A stretch of 16,336 bases of DNA from a bacterium (GCA_043779265.1 JAYWEM010000169.1:1-16336), one strand, 5' to 3'; positions 8,010 to 16,336 are shown, counted from the stretch's first letter. The notes: generated from the letters alone by a model not told the origin. Made by a program: numbers and translations.

Positions 8010-10319
8010 TCACATCCGCCACAGGTAGCTCGCCTTCATGAACAGGCTGTGACGCCTCGCGCTCAGCGGATCATCGCGCTCGGCGCCGAGCTGGGCACCG
8101 TAGCCCACGTAGAGGACGGTTCCGGGGCGGAGCAGGTAGGTGAGCAGGACGTCGTTGGTCAGGTTGCGGGAGCGACTCGCGAGCTGGTCGGCGAGGTCGA
8201 ATCGCCGTCGCTCGCCGAACTCGGCGATCCATCGGAGCGACAGCTCGCGGCTGAACTGATAACCGAGCCGCATCCGGGGGATCAGCGCCTGTGCGAATCG
8301 AGAGCCGTTCTCCCGCCGCGTGATCCTTGTGGCGTTCAGACCGAGCGAGCCGTCGAATCGCTCCGTGAACCGGACGTCGGCCCATGCGCGCGCATCGATG
8401 CTGAGGGCAGGCGCGGTCTCGGAGTAGATCACCTCATCGCCGTAGCTGACGAAGAAACCGGGCCGGATGAGTCGAGGACTGTTCCACACGACCTCGCTGA
8501 ACCCCCTCCATCGCGGATCGAACTCGCGGCCGTTGAAGTAGGTGTACAGACGATTGAATCCGGTCCGGATCTGATTGGATCCCGGGAGCTTGATGGCCAG
8601 CATGGGGCGCATCGAGAGGTCGGTGAGCCGCCCAGGGACGCCCTGCTCGCCATGATCGTAGAGATGTCGGATGGAGAGTTCGGGCTGGAGCTGCGTATAC
8701 CAGGTCCGCTGGGCGGGATACAGATGAGCGCCCGCCCAATGGAACGCCTCGAACGTGCCCGGGCGATTGAAGAACCCCGAACGCGTGTTGAACTCGAGCG
8801 TGATGTCCTCGATGTGCGAGTAGAGTTCGAAGGCACGTGAGTCGTAGTTGAGGCTCAGGTGAAGCGCGTTGCCTTCGGTCGCCCGGCCACGCAGGCTGAG
8901 AAGAGAGGGACGCACGTTGATCGCGGTCAGCGAGTCGAGGCCGGCCACCGCCGATGTGAGGTCGGGGTCGCGATCCCACGTGTGCGTGGCCTGCATCGAG
9001 ACCCGGAAGCGCTTGAGGAACGTGGCGCGAGCATCCGTCGACAGCGCCCGGTTCGTGGCGTCGCGGTGGTCGCGTGTCGTCAGAAGCGCGCCGATGCTCA
9101 GGTCATCCGAGAAATCGTGACGGATCCGACTCATCGAGAACTGCGCATCGCGATCGAAGTACGGGTTCGCCGCATCGGGAAGGCTCTCGAGCGAGAGCCC
9201 GGCGTTGCGGTCGGCGGCGTTGAGTACGGCGAATGCGGTGCGACCCTGCTTGCCCGTCAGCTTGAGTCCGTAGAGCGGGTCGGCGATCCGGCGCGTGTAC
9301 ACCATGTTCATCGGGGTCTGGAAGATCTCGATGCCCTCGAGGAAGAACGGTCGCTTCTCCGAGAAGAAGATGTCCTCGCGCAGATTCACGTCGAGCACGC
9401 CGGCATCGGCTTCGACCTGACTGAAGTCGGGAGTCACGGCGACGTTCGCCGTGATCGCGCTCGTCACGCCGTAGCGGATGTCGAAGCCCTGTCGGGATTC
9501 GGCGGGATCCCAGCGCACCACACCACTCTCGCGACCACCGAAGCCCGAGCCGGTGACGAAGGGGTTGATCTCGAGATTGCGCCCCGGGCGGATGCCCTGC
9601 ATGTCGGCGAGCGAGCCGATCTGCCGGTGGTAGCCGGAGATCTGCTGCGTGATCGGCGCCCAGAACATGTGCGCACCCGTGTAACGCTGGTCGCGGATCG
9701 CGTTGAAACCGAAACTGACCTGTTCGGACGGTGCGAAGCGAAGCGACTTGAACGGAATCGCGAACTCGACCTCGAACCCGGACTCGGTGGCGTGCCCCTC
9801 GCTCGTGAACTGGAAGTCGGGCGACAGGTCGGTGTCGGTTCCCTCCTGGTCGATGCCGTCCGCCTGGACACCGACGGGATTCGAGCCGAAGAACTGCGAG
9901 CGTCGGCGGTCGTGGTAGGAGTCGATGCTCATTCCGACCCAGTCGCCGCCGAAGATGTCGTCGCGCCGGACGACCGGTGCCTGCACGCGTCCGGGCAGCT
10001 CGGGGCAGCGGAACGCGACGTAGAGATTCTGCTCGTCGTACATCACGAAGCAGAGCGTGCTCAGGCTGTCGCGGACGCCCTCGACCGGGCGGCCGTGAGT
10101 GAACCCTTCGAGCACGGCGGCGGACTGCCACTCGGCGTCCTCGACCCGGCCGTCGAGGCGAGGCGCCTGGGCGGCCCGAGGGGGTGACAGACGGATACTG
10201 CCGTTCGCTCCACTGAAGCGATCGGCGCCGGCCGGGGAAGGGCAGGCCAGCGCGCCGAGTAGGATGAGGGTCGGCAGCGGGAAGCTCATAGGAGTGTTGG
10301 CTCGATGGAATCGGAACAT
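8010..10319 (-). CDS. Carbohydrate-binding family 9-like / DUF5916 domain protein (secreted, probable outer-membrane barrel)
   Basis: Signal peptide ..TLILLGALACPSPAGA|D. CBM9/DOMON-like motifs PRLDGRVEDAEW, YDEQNLYVAF, EVEFAIPFKSLRF. DUF5916 motifs PDFSQVEAD, FFSEKRPFFLEG, YTRRI. C-terminal LFMKASYLWRM. The ORF-track extension to 11024 overlaps a real plus-strand gene; likely start 10319 (alternatives 10289, 10337). Confidence 0.9.
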   Translation of the reverse strand: MFRFHRANTPMSFPLPTLILLGALACPSPAGADRFSGANGSIRLSPPRAAQAPRLDGRVEDAEWQSAAVLEGFTHGRPVEGVRDSLSTLCFVMYDEQNLYVAFRCPELPGRVQAPVVRRDDIFGGDWVGMSIDSYHDRRRSQFFGSNPVGVQADGIDQEGTDTDLSPDFQFTSEGHATESGFEVEFAIPFKSLRFAPSEQVSFGFNAIRDQRYTGAHMFWAPITQQISGYHRQIGSLADMQGIRPGRNLEINPFVTGSGFGGRESGVVRWDPAESRQGFDIRYGVTSAITANVAVTPDFSQVEADAGVLDVNLREDIFFSEKRPFFLEGIEIFQTPMNMVYTRRIADPLYGLKLTGKQGRTAFAVLNAADRNAGLSLESLPDAANPYFDRDAQFSMSRIRHDFSDDLSIGALLTTRDHRDATNRALSTDARATFLKRFRVSMQATHTWDRDPDLTSAVAGLDSLTAINVRPSLLSLRGRATEGNALHLSLNYDSRAFELYSHIEDITLEFNTRSGFFNRPGTFEAFHWAGAHLYPAQRTWYTQLQPELSIRHLYDHGEQGVPGRLTDLSMRPMLAIKLPGSNQIRTGFNRLYTYFNGREFDPRWRGFSEVVWNSPRLIRPGFFVSYGDEVIYSETAPALSIDARAWADVRFTERFDGSLGLNATRITRRENGSRFAQALIPRMRLGYQFSRELSLRWIAEFGERRRFDLADQLASRSRNLTNDVLLTYLLRPGTVLYVGYGAQLGAERDDPLSARRHSLFMKASYLWRM

Positions 10320-10320
10320 G

Positions 10321-10348
10321 GCGGCCACTCTATTCATCGAGTGGTCGC
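10321..10348. promoter_or_regulatory. Inverted repeat overlapping a candidate -10 (TAGAGT, minus strand 10327-10332)
   Basis: GCGGCCACTC-tattcatc-GAGTGGTCGC, 9 of 10 arm positions complementary, directly upstream of ATG 10319. Confidence 0.45.
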
Positions 10349-10499
10349 GACGCGCCGATCGGGTGACGAAGGTCGGCGGATGACGGACCGGCGCGGGGAG
10401 TCCATGCTCGACCGCGTGCGAACGAAGGCGGCATCCGACTTGCGAGAACCCGCACGGGCGCTCGAACGGCGCTCGGACCACACGCCAGGAGGCCCCTCG

Positions 10500-11522
10500 A
10501 TGACCCGCTCGACCAAACGACTCGTGCGTTCTGCACTTCTCGTCATGGCAGCCCTGCTCACGGCCATGCCGGTGGCGGCTCAATTGCCGTACGCCGAGGA
10601 CTTCAGCGCGGCCGATGGATCGCCGTGGCCTGCGCCCTGGTTCAATGGCTCGGCGCACGTCACCGTCCAGGACATCCAAGATGGGCGTGGGCGCCTGAAC
10701 GGCGGCCATCAGCAAGTCGCGCGCATGATCCTGCCAGGCTTCTCGGAGACCGATATCGAAGCGACGATGACGTTCGAGTTCGAGAACGTGACAGGGCAGG
10801 GCATCGGCTTCTACGCGCGTCAGAACGGCGGGTTGCTTCAGGAGTACGTGCCGTTCGGTCAGGGATACGCGATGTTCCTCAAGGGGCCATGGGGCTGGCC
10901 TGACGACCTCGGGCTCTGGTACGAGATCGCTGGCGTCGAGACGCAATTCCTCTCGTCGTATTTCCCGGTGCCGAGCGGCCTCGAGAACGGTGTTCGCTAT
11001 CGCCTTCGATTCCGAGTGACGCAACAGGATCCCGCCACCACGCGCCTCCAGGCGCGCGTCTGGCCCGAGGGCTCACCCGAGCCCGCGGCGTGGACATCCG
11101 ATGGCACGAACACGCAGCCGCTTCTGCAGAACACGCCGGGCGGTTTCGCGATCGACATCTACAATCACTCGGGCGCTGGTCACATCTTCATCGATGACCT
11201 GCTCATCGAGCGCTACCCCGCGACCACGAACGTGCCGAACGCGAGTCACACCAGCCGCCTCGCGCTCGCAGCCCCGTGGCCGAATCCGGTGCGGGAGACG
11301 GCGAATATCGGACTCTCGATCGCCGAGGCGACTGAGATCGACCTGACGCTGCGGGACATCGCAGGTCGTGTGGTTGCGGAGGTGTTCCGGGGCCGACTCG
11401 TGGCCGGCGCTCACACGATCCCGCTGACGATCGCCGGGAGAGCACTGGCGCCTGGCGTGTACCAGATGGTCGCGTGCTCGGGCGATGCGATGAGCGCGAG
11501 GCGCCTGGTCGTCACTCGGTAG
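10500..11522 (+). CDS. Secreted protein with lectin/ConA-like beta-sandwich domain and T9SS type-A-like C-terminal domain
   Basis: SD AGGAGG (10487-10492) 7 nt before ATG. Signal peptide ..LLTAMPVAA|Q. AEDFS...YRLRFRV...LQARVWPEGSPEPAAW...IFIDDLLI beta-sandwich pattern. CTD PWPNPV..DIAGRVV..LAPGVY..RRLVVTR. Confidence 0.85.
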   Translation: MTRSTKRLVRSALLVMAALLTAMPVAAQLPYAEDFSAADGSPWPAPWFNGSAHVTVQDIQDGRGRLNGGHQQVARMILPGFSETDIEATMTFEFENVTGQGIGFYARQNGGLLQEYVPFGQGYAMFLKGPWGWPDDLGLWYEIAGVETQFLSSYFPVPSGLENGVRYRLRFRVTQQDPATTRLQARVWPEGSPEPAAWTSDGTNTQPLLQNTPGGFAIDIYNHSGAGHIFIDDLLIERYPATTNVPNASHTSRLALAAPWPNPVRETANIGLSIAEATEIDLTLRDIAGRVVAEVFRGRLVAGAHTIPLTIAGRALAPGVYQMVACSGDAMSARRLVVTR

Positions 11523-11552
11523 TCGTGCCCGCGATCCGCAGCGGGCGTGCCC

Positions 11553-14078
11553 TCACCGCAGCAGGATCATCCTGCGGTTCTGCTCGGCTCGGTCCGTCGT
11601 CAGGCGATAGAAGTACACGCCCACTCGACTCGGCTCGCCGGCGTCGGTCCGGCCATCCCACAGCACATCGTGGCGACCCGCCTGACGCAGGCCATCGACG
11701 AGGGTACGGATCCGGCGCCCGCCGATGTCGTAGATCGCCAACGAGACGCGCTCGGCTTCGGGTAGTTCGAATCTCAGCGTGGTGGAGGCGCGGCCCGGAT
11801 TGGGCACGTTCGCGAGGAGCCGCGCGGTGCGGAACGTGCCGCCGGAGGCGACGTCGACACTCGACTGCGGGACGAGGCCGGTGATCAGGATGTCATCGAG
11901 GTTCCAGCCGCCGAATGTGACCGAGGCATCCGACTTCATCGTGAAGCGGACGCGCACCGCGGCGTTGCCATCCGCGAGCGCCGAGAGATCGAAGCTCTGC
12001 GGCGTCCACGTGGGGTCATTCAGGTTCGCGGCCGACGGGCTCTCCCACAGAATCGTCCCATTGATGAGGATGCGGGCGTAGTCCCACGCGCCGCCGTTCG
12101 AACGCTCGACCGACAACTTGCGAGCGAACGACAGTTGCACTCCCGTGGCCTGAGAACAGTCCACCGGCGGCGACTCGAACCAACTGTTGCAGACGTTCTC
12201 GTAGCGGCCGAGCGCGGAGCCGAGCCCGGTGAGGTCGGTGCCGGCGATCCGGGTTCCCGAGAATGCAGTGGCCGGATCCTCGAACAGTCCAACCGGGACT
12301 CCGACCTGCCAGTCGTCCTTGGTGCCGCCGTGAGTCCAGCCACCATCCCCGGACTCGAACCCCTGGACGAGCAACGTCTCGCGCGGCGCGATCGAGAACT
12401 CATGGTAGGTCGCGGGCGCGCCACTCGGATGCAATGCGAGCCGACCGGCGCTGTCGCGAGCGCTCAGCCAGTAGCGGACGGTTCCCCCGGGTTGCCCAGG
12501 GATGAGCGCGTGGTACTGACCCGGCGGGCCGGTTGGTGTGAGCAGGGCGCTGTTGATGGCCCCGCCCGTCGACCAGTTCAGTGTGAGCGAGTCGGCGACC
12601 AGCGGCCCCAGCGTCGAGAGGGTGGCGACGGCGTCGTAGGGGCCGACAGTGTTCTCGGTGCTCGGTAGCGCGGTGTGCGTGAAGTAGAAGCCGCGCGGCC
12701 CGGCCAGATGCGCGACCGTGGCGAGACCCGCACGCGTGACTTCGGCGGTGAAGTCCGGCAGGTTCCAGCCCGTCGTGTCGCACGTCCGGTGATAGCACGG
12801 ATAGCTCGGGTACTCGGACTCGATCGCGAGGAACGCGGGGAAGCCCTCGTTCTGGAACGGCACATGGTCGGAGCCCGAGCTCGCGAGCTGGATCTGCGTG
12901 TCGAGGCTCGTGTAGAGCGCGCAGGCGTCGTCCATCACGTTCATGATCGGGAGCCACGCGGTCTCGCCCTCGATGTCGATCCGACTCAGGGCGTTCTTCC
13001 AGCCGATCATGTCGAAGATCACGACACCGTCGATGAGGTCGCCGCGTGCCGCCGCGGCCGTCGCGTAGTGCGACGAGCCATAGAGTCCCTGCTCTTCGCC
13101 GGTGAAGGCGATGAAACGGATCGTCGAGCGGAAGGAGTACTGCCGGAGGATCGCGGCGATCGCGAGAACGCCGGCCGAGCCGCTTGCGTTGTCGTTGGCG
13201 CCGGGAGCGAGTGTGCTCGCAGTGGGCGAGGTCGAGTCGAGATGCCCGCCGATGATGATGATCCGCTCGGGCGTCTCCACACCCGGCAGCGTCGCCACGA
13301 CATTCCGGGCATTGGTGCCCGAGAACGAGAACGGATCGTAGGCGACGTCCGTGAATCCCATCGCCTGGAAGCGCTCGAACGCGTACTGCTCCGCCAGATC
13401 GCACTGCGCCGTGGGCGTCGAACGCGTCATGAACGTGACGGGATTGCCGCCCACAGTGACGGGGTAGCGGCCAGCCAGGCGCCCGATGTCGCGAATCAGC
13501 GTGTCCCCGGAGACCTGATCGACCATGTCCTGGATCAGCGGTGAGAAGCTGGTGGCGAGTGCCTTGTCCGAGGGCAAGGCGGCGGCGGCGGTGCGCCGCA
13601 GCGGCCTCGTGCGGAGCACCTTGCGGTCGTGCCTCAACAGAGCCTCGAGCTCGGGCGGTGGCCCGATGGAGGCGACGATCGCATCGCGCCCGGCCTGCCA
13701 CAGCACAGCGACGCCCTGGGGCCGCAGGGCCTCGACATCGAGTCGCTCGTGAACCGACCCGGCGCGGGCACGGACGATGGTCACGGTCAGGCCGACCGGC
13801 AGCTCGATCGCCGGACTCACGCGGATCGCGGCGTCGAGCAGTCGCTGGGCCGAAGCCTCGTCGGCGACGATCACCCCATCCGGGAATCGATCGAGCACCC
13901 GCGCCCCGGTCGAGAGCGCCTGCTCGAGACTGCGGCCGTCGAGCGAACCGACCCACAGCCGCTCGGGAGTCGCGGAGACCGAGATCCCGGTGCCGATGGT
14001 CTGAGCGGAGCTGGAGCCGGGCAGGAACACCAGGGCCAGCAGCAGGATGATGGAGCGAGAAGTGGGGGGCAGGCGCAT
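11553..14078 (-). CDS. M28 family metallopeptidase with Ig-like and MAM/jelly-roll-like domains and FlgD-Ig/T9SS-like C-terminal domain
   Basis: Signal peptide ..LVFLPGSSSA|Q. M28 motifs NVVATLPG, IIGGHLDS, GANDNASG, FTGEEQGLYGS, DMIG, SDHVPF, YH. GFESGDGGW...GWNLDDI domain. CTD NVPNP..IYDIGGRRIRTL..WDGR..GVYFYRL..MILLR. Confidence 0.93.
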   Translation of the reverse strand: MRLPPTSRSIILLLALVFLPGSSSAQTIGTGISVSATPERLWVGSLDGRSLEQALSTGARVLDRFPDGVIVADEASAQRLLDAAIRVSPAIELPVGLTVTIVRARAGSVHERLDVEALRPQGVAVLWQAGRDAIVASIGPPPELEALLRHDRKVLRTRPLRRTAAAALPSDKALATSFSPLIQDMVDQVSGDTLIRDIGRLAGRYPVTVGGNPVTFMTRSTPTAQCDLAEQYAFERFQAMGFTDVAYDPFSFSGTNARNVVATLPGVETPERIIIIGGHLDSTSPTASTLAPGANDNASGSAGVLAIAAILRQYSFRSTIRFIAFTGEEQGLYGSSHYATAAAARGDLIDGVVIFDMIGWKNALSRIDIEGETAWLPIMNVMDDACALYTSLDTQIQLASSGSDHVPFQNEGFPAFLAIESEYPSYPCYHRTCDTTGWNLPDFTAEVTRAGLATVAHLAGPRGFYFTHTALPSTENTVGPYDAVATLSTLGPLVADSLTLNWSTGGAINSALLTPTGPPGQYHALIPGQPGGTVRYWLSARDSAGRLALHPSGAPATYHEFSIAPRETLLVQGFESGDGGWTHGGTKDDWQVGVPVGLFEDPATAFSGTRIAGTDLTGLGSALGRYENVCNSWFESPPVDCSQATGVQLSFARKLSVERSNGGAWDYARILINGTILWESPSAANLNDPTWTPQSFDLSALADGNAAVRVRFTMKSDASVTFGGWNLDDILITGLVPQSSVDVASGGTFRTARLLANVPNPGRASTTLRFELPEAERVSLAIYDIGGRRIRTLVDGLRQAGRHDVLWDGRTDAGEPSRVGVYFYRLTTDRAEQNRRMILLR

Positions 14079-14087
14079 GGTGGAACC

Positions 14088-14121
14088 ATCCTACCTGCTC
14101 GGCAGGGCCCTCGGCAGCAGG
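14088..14121 (-). promoter_or_regulatory. Candidate promoter (-10 TAGGAT) with adjoining 28-bp palindrome upstream of the M28 peptidase
   Basis: Minus-strand TAGGAT (14088-14093) is 9 nt before ATG 14078 with no SD. Palindrome CCTGCT-cggc-AGGGCCCT-cggc-AGCAGG at 14094-14121. Confidence 0.45.
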
Positions 14122-14158
14122 AAACCGGCGACCACGGGTGTGGGATTCGCTTGAACGA

Positions 14159-14192
14159 ACCGCCGGCCCGCGCGTGAGCGCGAGCCGGCGGT
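14159..14192 (-). terminator. Probable intrinsic terminator after the coiled-coil gene
   Basis: Minus strand ACCGCCGGCTCGCGC-tcac-GCGCGGGCCGGCGGT: 15-bp stem with one U-G wobble (a mismatch on the plus strand), 26 nt after the stop, followed by a weak T-rich tail TCGTTC. Confidence 0.65.
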
Positions 14193-14218
14193 GAAGCGCC
14201 ACGGATTCCTGAAAGGCC

Positions 14219-16336
14219 TCAGGCGGCTCGCGCCATCGGTTCCTCGTCGCCGGACTCGTCGTCGTCATCGCCATCCACAACATGGAGCGTCGCGCGGACC
14301 TTGTCGGTGACCTCGCGCTCCTCACGCCACTCCTCGATCATCGACTCCGCCTGCCGGATCAGCGAGCGGAGCGAGCCCACCTTCTCGACGGCCTGGTCGA
14401 CAACCACCTTCTGGCCCTGCAGTGTCTCGACGCTCGAGCGCACGTTCACGAGCAGGGCTTCGGCTCGGGCCAGGCGATCCTCCGCCTTCGACAGCTGCCG
14501 ACTGCGCTCGTCGATGGCGGTGGACTGGTCACCGATCTCTGCCAGTCGCTGCGAAACCTCGTCGAGCAGCGTGCGGCTCTCCTCGATCCGGCGATGCGCT
14601 CCCGTGATCTGTCGCACGTCGGCCGCCGTCGACTCGGCCATCGTGAACATCCGCTCGAGATCCCCGGACAGGGACTCGACTGTGCCCTGGCGCGAGGCGA
14701 TCTGTTCGAGCGAGCGGCGCACGTCCTGATCCACCAACTCCCACGCTGCGAGACGCTCGCTGAAAGCCTCGATTCGGCGCTCGACCGGCTGCAGCGCTGC
14801 GGCACGCTGTTCGAGTGCCGTCGTCATCGCACCGACCTGGTCGGCCTGCGCCTCTGCCGCCGCGAGCGACGAGGAGAGCGATCCGGCGAGCGCGCCCAAC
14901 TCCTGGGCCGCCGCCGAAGCCTCCTGCCGCAACGACGTCGCGCGCTCGAGGTCGCGAAGCGCCTTGTCGATCGCCTGTTGACGCTGGTCGAACGTCTTGC
15001 GCAGCGCCTGCGTCTGCGCGGCGATGCTCTCGACCTGAGCACAGCGCTCGAGGATCGAGCCGACCTGCTTACCGGTCGACTCCGCCTGTTGCGTCGCCTC
15101 GGTCAATCCTTCGGCGATGGCGGCGAGTTCGTTCGTCATGCGCGCCGCCTCGTCGGCCTGATCGGAGAGCCCGCCGAAGCGGAGCTCAGCCGCCTCCATC
15201 CGGCTCATCAACTGGCGGCCGCGTTCGTCGAGCTGACCGCCCTGCGTGCCGAGCGCCGTCAACTGCGACGCGAGCTCTTCGACGTTGCGCCGCTGCGCTT
15301 CGATCGCCGCAAGCGCGGAGAGGATCTGGGTGGACTGGGCCTCCGCCCGGGCCACGATCGGCAGGTGCTTCTCGACCTCGGCTGCCTGCGTGCGCAGCAT
15401 CAGGACGGAGCGCTCGTTGTTCGCGAGCCAGCTCTTGAGCTCGGCCTGGCTCTCCAGGATCTTGGACGTTTCGCGCTGGGCGACGCGGGTCTGCTCGAGC
15501 GCATCCTCGAGGCTCGCATGTGAGCCGCTCAGTTGCTGCAGGTGCTGGAGCGCGGTCTCGACCAGCGGGTGCGACTGTTCGATCCGCTGCACCTGGGCCA
15601 GCGCGGATCCCGAGGTCCGGCTCAGTGCCTCGAGCTCACGCCGGACCGACTCGAGTTTCGCCGAGTCGCCCTCGAGCTGTTCGAACTGGCCGCTCAGCGC
15701 CTCGATGCGCGAGGCGAGCGACTGCGTCTGCGTCGTCAGCTGCCCGATCGTCTGGGAAGTGGTGGACAGGGACTTGAATCGGTTCTCGTAGTCCGCGAGT
15801 GCGGAGCGCATGTCGGTCATCCGCTGACTCACCGACTCGAGGCCGTGGCTCTCGAACTCGAATCGCTGCACCGAGTTCTTGAGTTCGTCCTGAACGGCGG
15901 CGAGGTCCTGCCGCGTGGCGCGAGCCTGCTCATCGGACTCCCGCTGCAACTGGGCGATCTCGCGCGAGCGGTCCATCACGGTCTCATGCAGGCCCTGGAC
16001 GCCACCCACCTGCTCCTGCAGCGTGACCAGCAGTTTCTCGTTTTCCTGCTGTTGCCGAACGCCGGCATCCACCTGCTTCATCGCTCGATCCAACTGGTCG
16101 AGGCGAGCGAGCGCCGACTCGACGCTCTCACGTTGCGCCTCGAGCGCCGCGCTCTTCTGCGCCACGAAGTCCCCGAGCGCCTTGAGCGTGCCGACTTCGC
16201 GTCGCACCTCGTCCACGGTGTGCTGCACGCCGTCGATGCCGCTCACGGCCTTGGTCACGCTCTGGACGCGGCGCTCCTTGTCCTGCAGGTCGCGGCTCAG
16301 CTCCTCGCGGCGGCGATCGAGCGCCTCCATCTTGGA
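14219..16336 (-). CDS. Long coiled-coil protein, 5'-truncated by the window edge
   Basis: At least 703 aa, rich in Q/E/L/A/R/S with heptad periodicity and very few Pro or aromatic residues. Frame remains open to the window end. No Walker A/B, SMC hinge or TM seen in the visible part. Acidic C-terminal tail. Confidence 0.85.
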   Translation of the reverse strand, partial: SKMEALDRRREELSRDLQDKERRVQSVTKAVSGIDGVQHTVDEVRREVGTLKALGDFVAQKSAALEAQRESVESALARLDQLDRAMKQVDAGVRQQQENEKLLVTLQEQVGGVQGLHETVMDRSREIAQLQRESDEQARATRQDLAAVQDELKNSVQRFEFESHGLESVSQRMTDMRSALADYENRFKSLSTTSQTIGQLTTQTQSLASRIEALSGQFEQLEGDSAKLESVRRELEALSRTSGSALAQVQRIEQSHPLVETALQHLQQLSGSHASLEDALEQTRVAQRETSKILESQAELKSWLANNERSVLMLRTQAAEVEKHLPIVARAEAQSTQILSALAAIEAQRRNVEELASQLTALGTQGGQLDERGRQLMSRMEAAELRFGGLSDQADEAARMTNELAAIAEGLTEATQQAESTGKQVGSILERCAQVESIAAQTQALRKTFDQRQQAIDKALRDLERATSLRQEASAAAQELGALAGSLSSSLAAAEAQADQVGAMTTALEQRAAALQPVERRIEAFSERLAAWELVDQDVRRSLEQIASRQGTVESLSGDLERMFTMAESTAADVRQITGAHRRIEESRTLLDEVSQRLAEIGDQSTAIDERSRQLSKAEDRLARAEALLVNVRSSVETLQGQKVVVDQAVEKVGSLRSLIRQAESMIEEWREEREVTDKVRATLHVVDGDDDDESGDEEPMARAA

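Noticed and set aside
3017..10373. Shared 9-mer GACGAAGGT at 3017-3025 and 10365-10373 upstream of two outer-membrane genes
   Set aside because: A single 9-nt match among several hundred intergenic bases is plausible by chance.
10320..11024. N-terminal extension of the DUF5916 ORF to 11024, and of the plus-strand ORF back to 10305
   Set aside because: The two extensions overlap each other's genes; signal peptides and the SD place the starts near 10319 and at 10500.
11524..11549. Short hairpins between convergent genes (GCCCGC..GCGGGC here; also 7068-7085)
   Set aside because: Stems are short for GC-rich DNA and lack U-tracts; not enough to call terminators.
12400..14325. 641-aa minus-strand ORF (also 3216-4565 and 9103-10131)
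   Set aside because: Alternative frames of real genes, Arg/Pro/Gly-rich with no recognisable domain.
14219..16336. Calling the coiled-coil gene smc or sbcC
   Set aside because: No C-terminal ATPase head motifs or hinge in the visible C-terminal 700 aa.
1..16336. CRISPR arrays, tRNA/rRNA, IS elements or integrases
   Set aside because: No spaced direct repeats, RNA gene signatures or transposase/recombinase ORFs found by eye.

Overview
GC-rich bacterial DNA (roughly two-thirds G+C by eye) with nine real coding regions, mostly on the minus strand. In order: an outer-membrane beta-barrel/TonB-dependent-receptor-like gene; a membrane Ser/Thr kinase with extracytoplasmic TPRs; a TIGR02999/ECF43-type sigma factor; a divergent small membrane protein; an orphan anti-sigma-like protein; a CBM9-like/DUF5916 protein; two convergent secreted proteins with T9SS-type/FlgD-Ig C-terminal domains (a lectin-like beta-sandwich protein and an M28 peptidase); and the 3' part of a long coiled-coil protein. 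The protein families suggest a high-GC FCB-related lineage (Eisenbacteria-like; inference only). The most notable items are: (i) an ECF43-kinase pair that retains the putative phospho-acceptor Thr; (ii) a stop-interrupted ECF sigma region-4 remnant, missed by the ORF track, coupled to the anti-sigma-like gene; (iii) an ECF-type promoter before the receptor gene; (iv) two 28-bp palindromes over probable leaderless promoters; (v) a ClpXP-degron-like tail on the coiled-coil protein. No rRNA, tRNA, CRISPR array or mobile element was seen. I cannot claim a definitely novel system from sequence alone.
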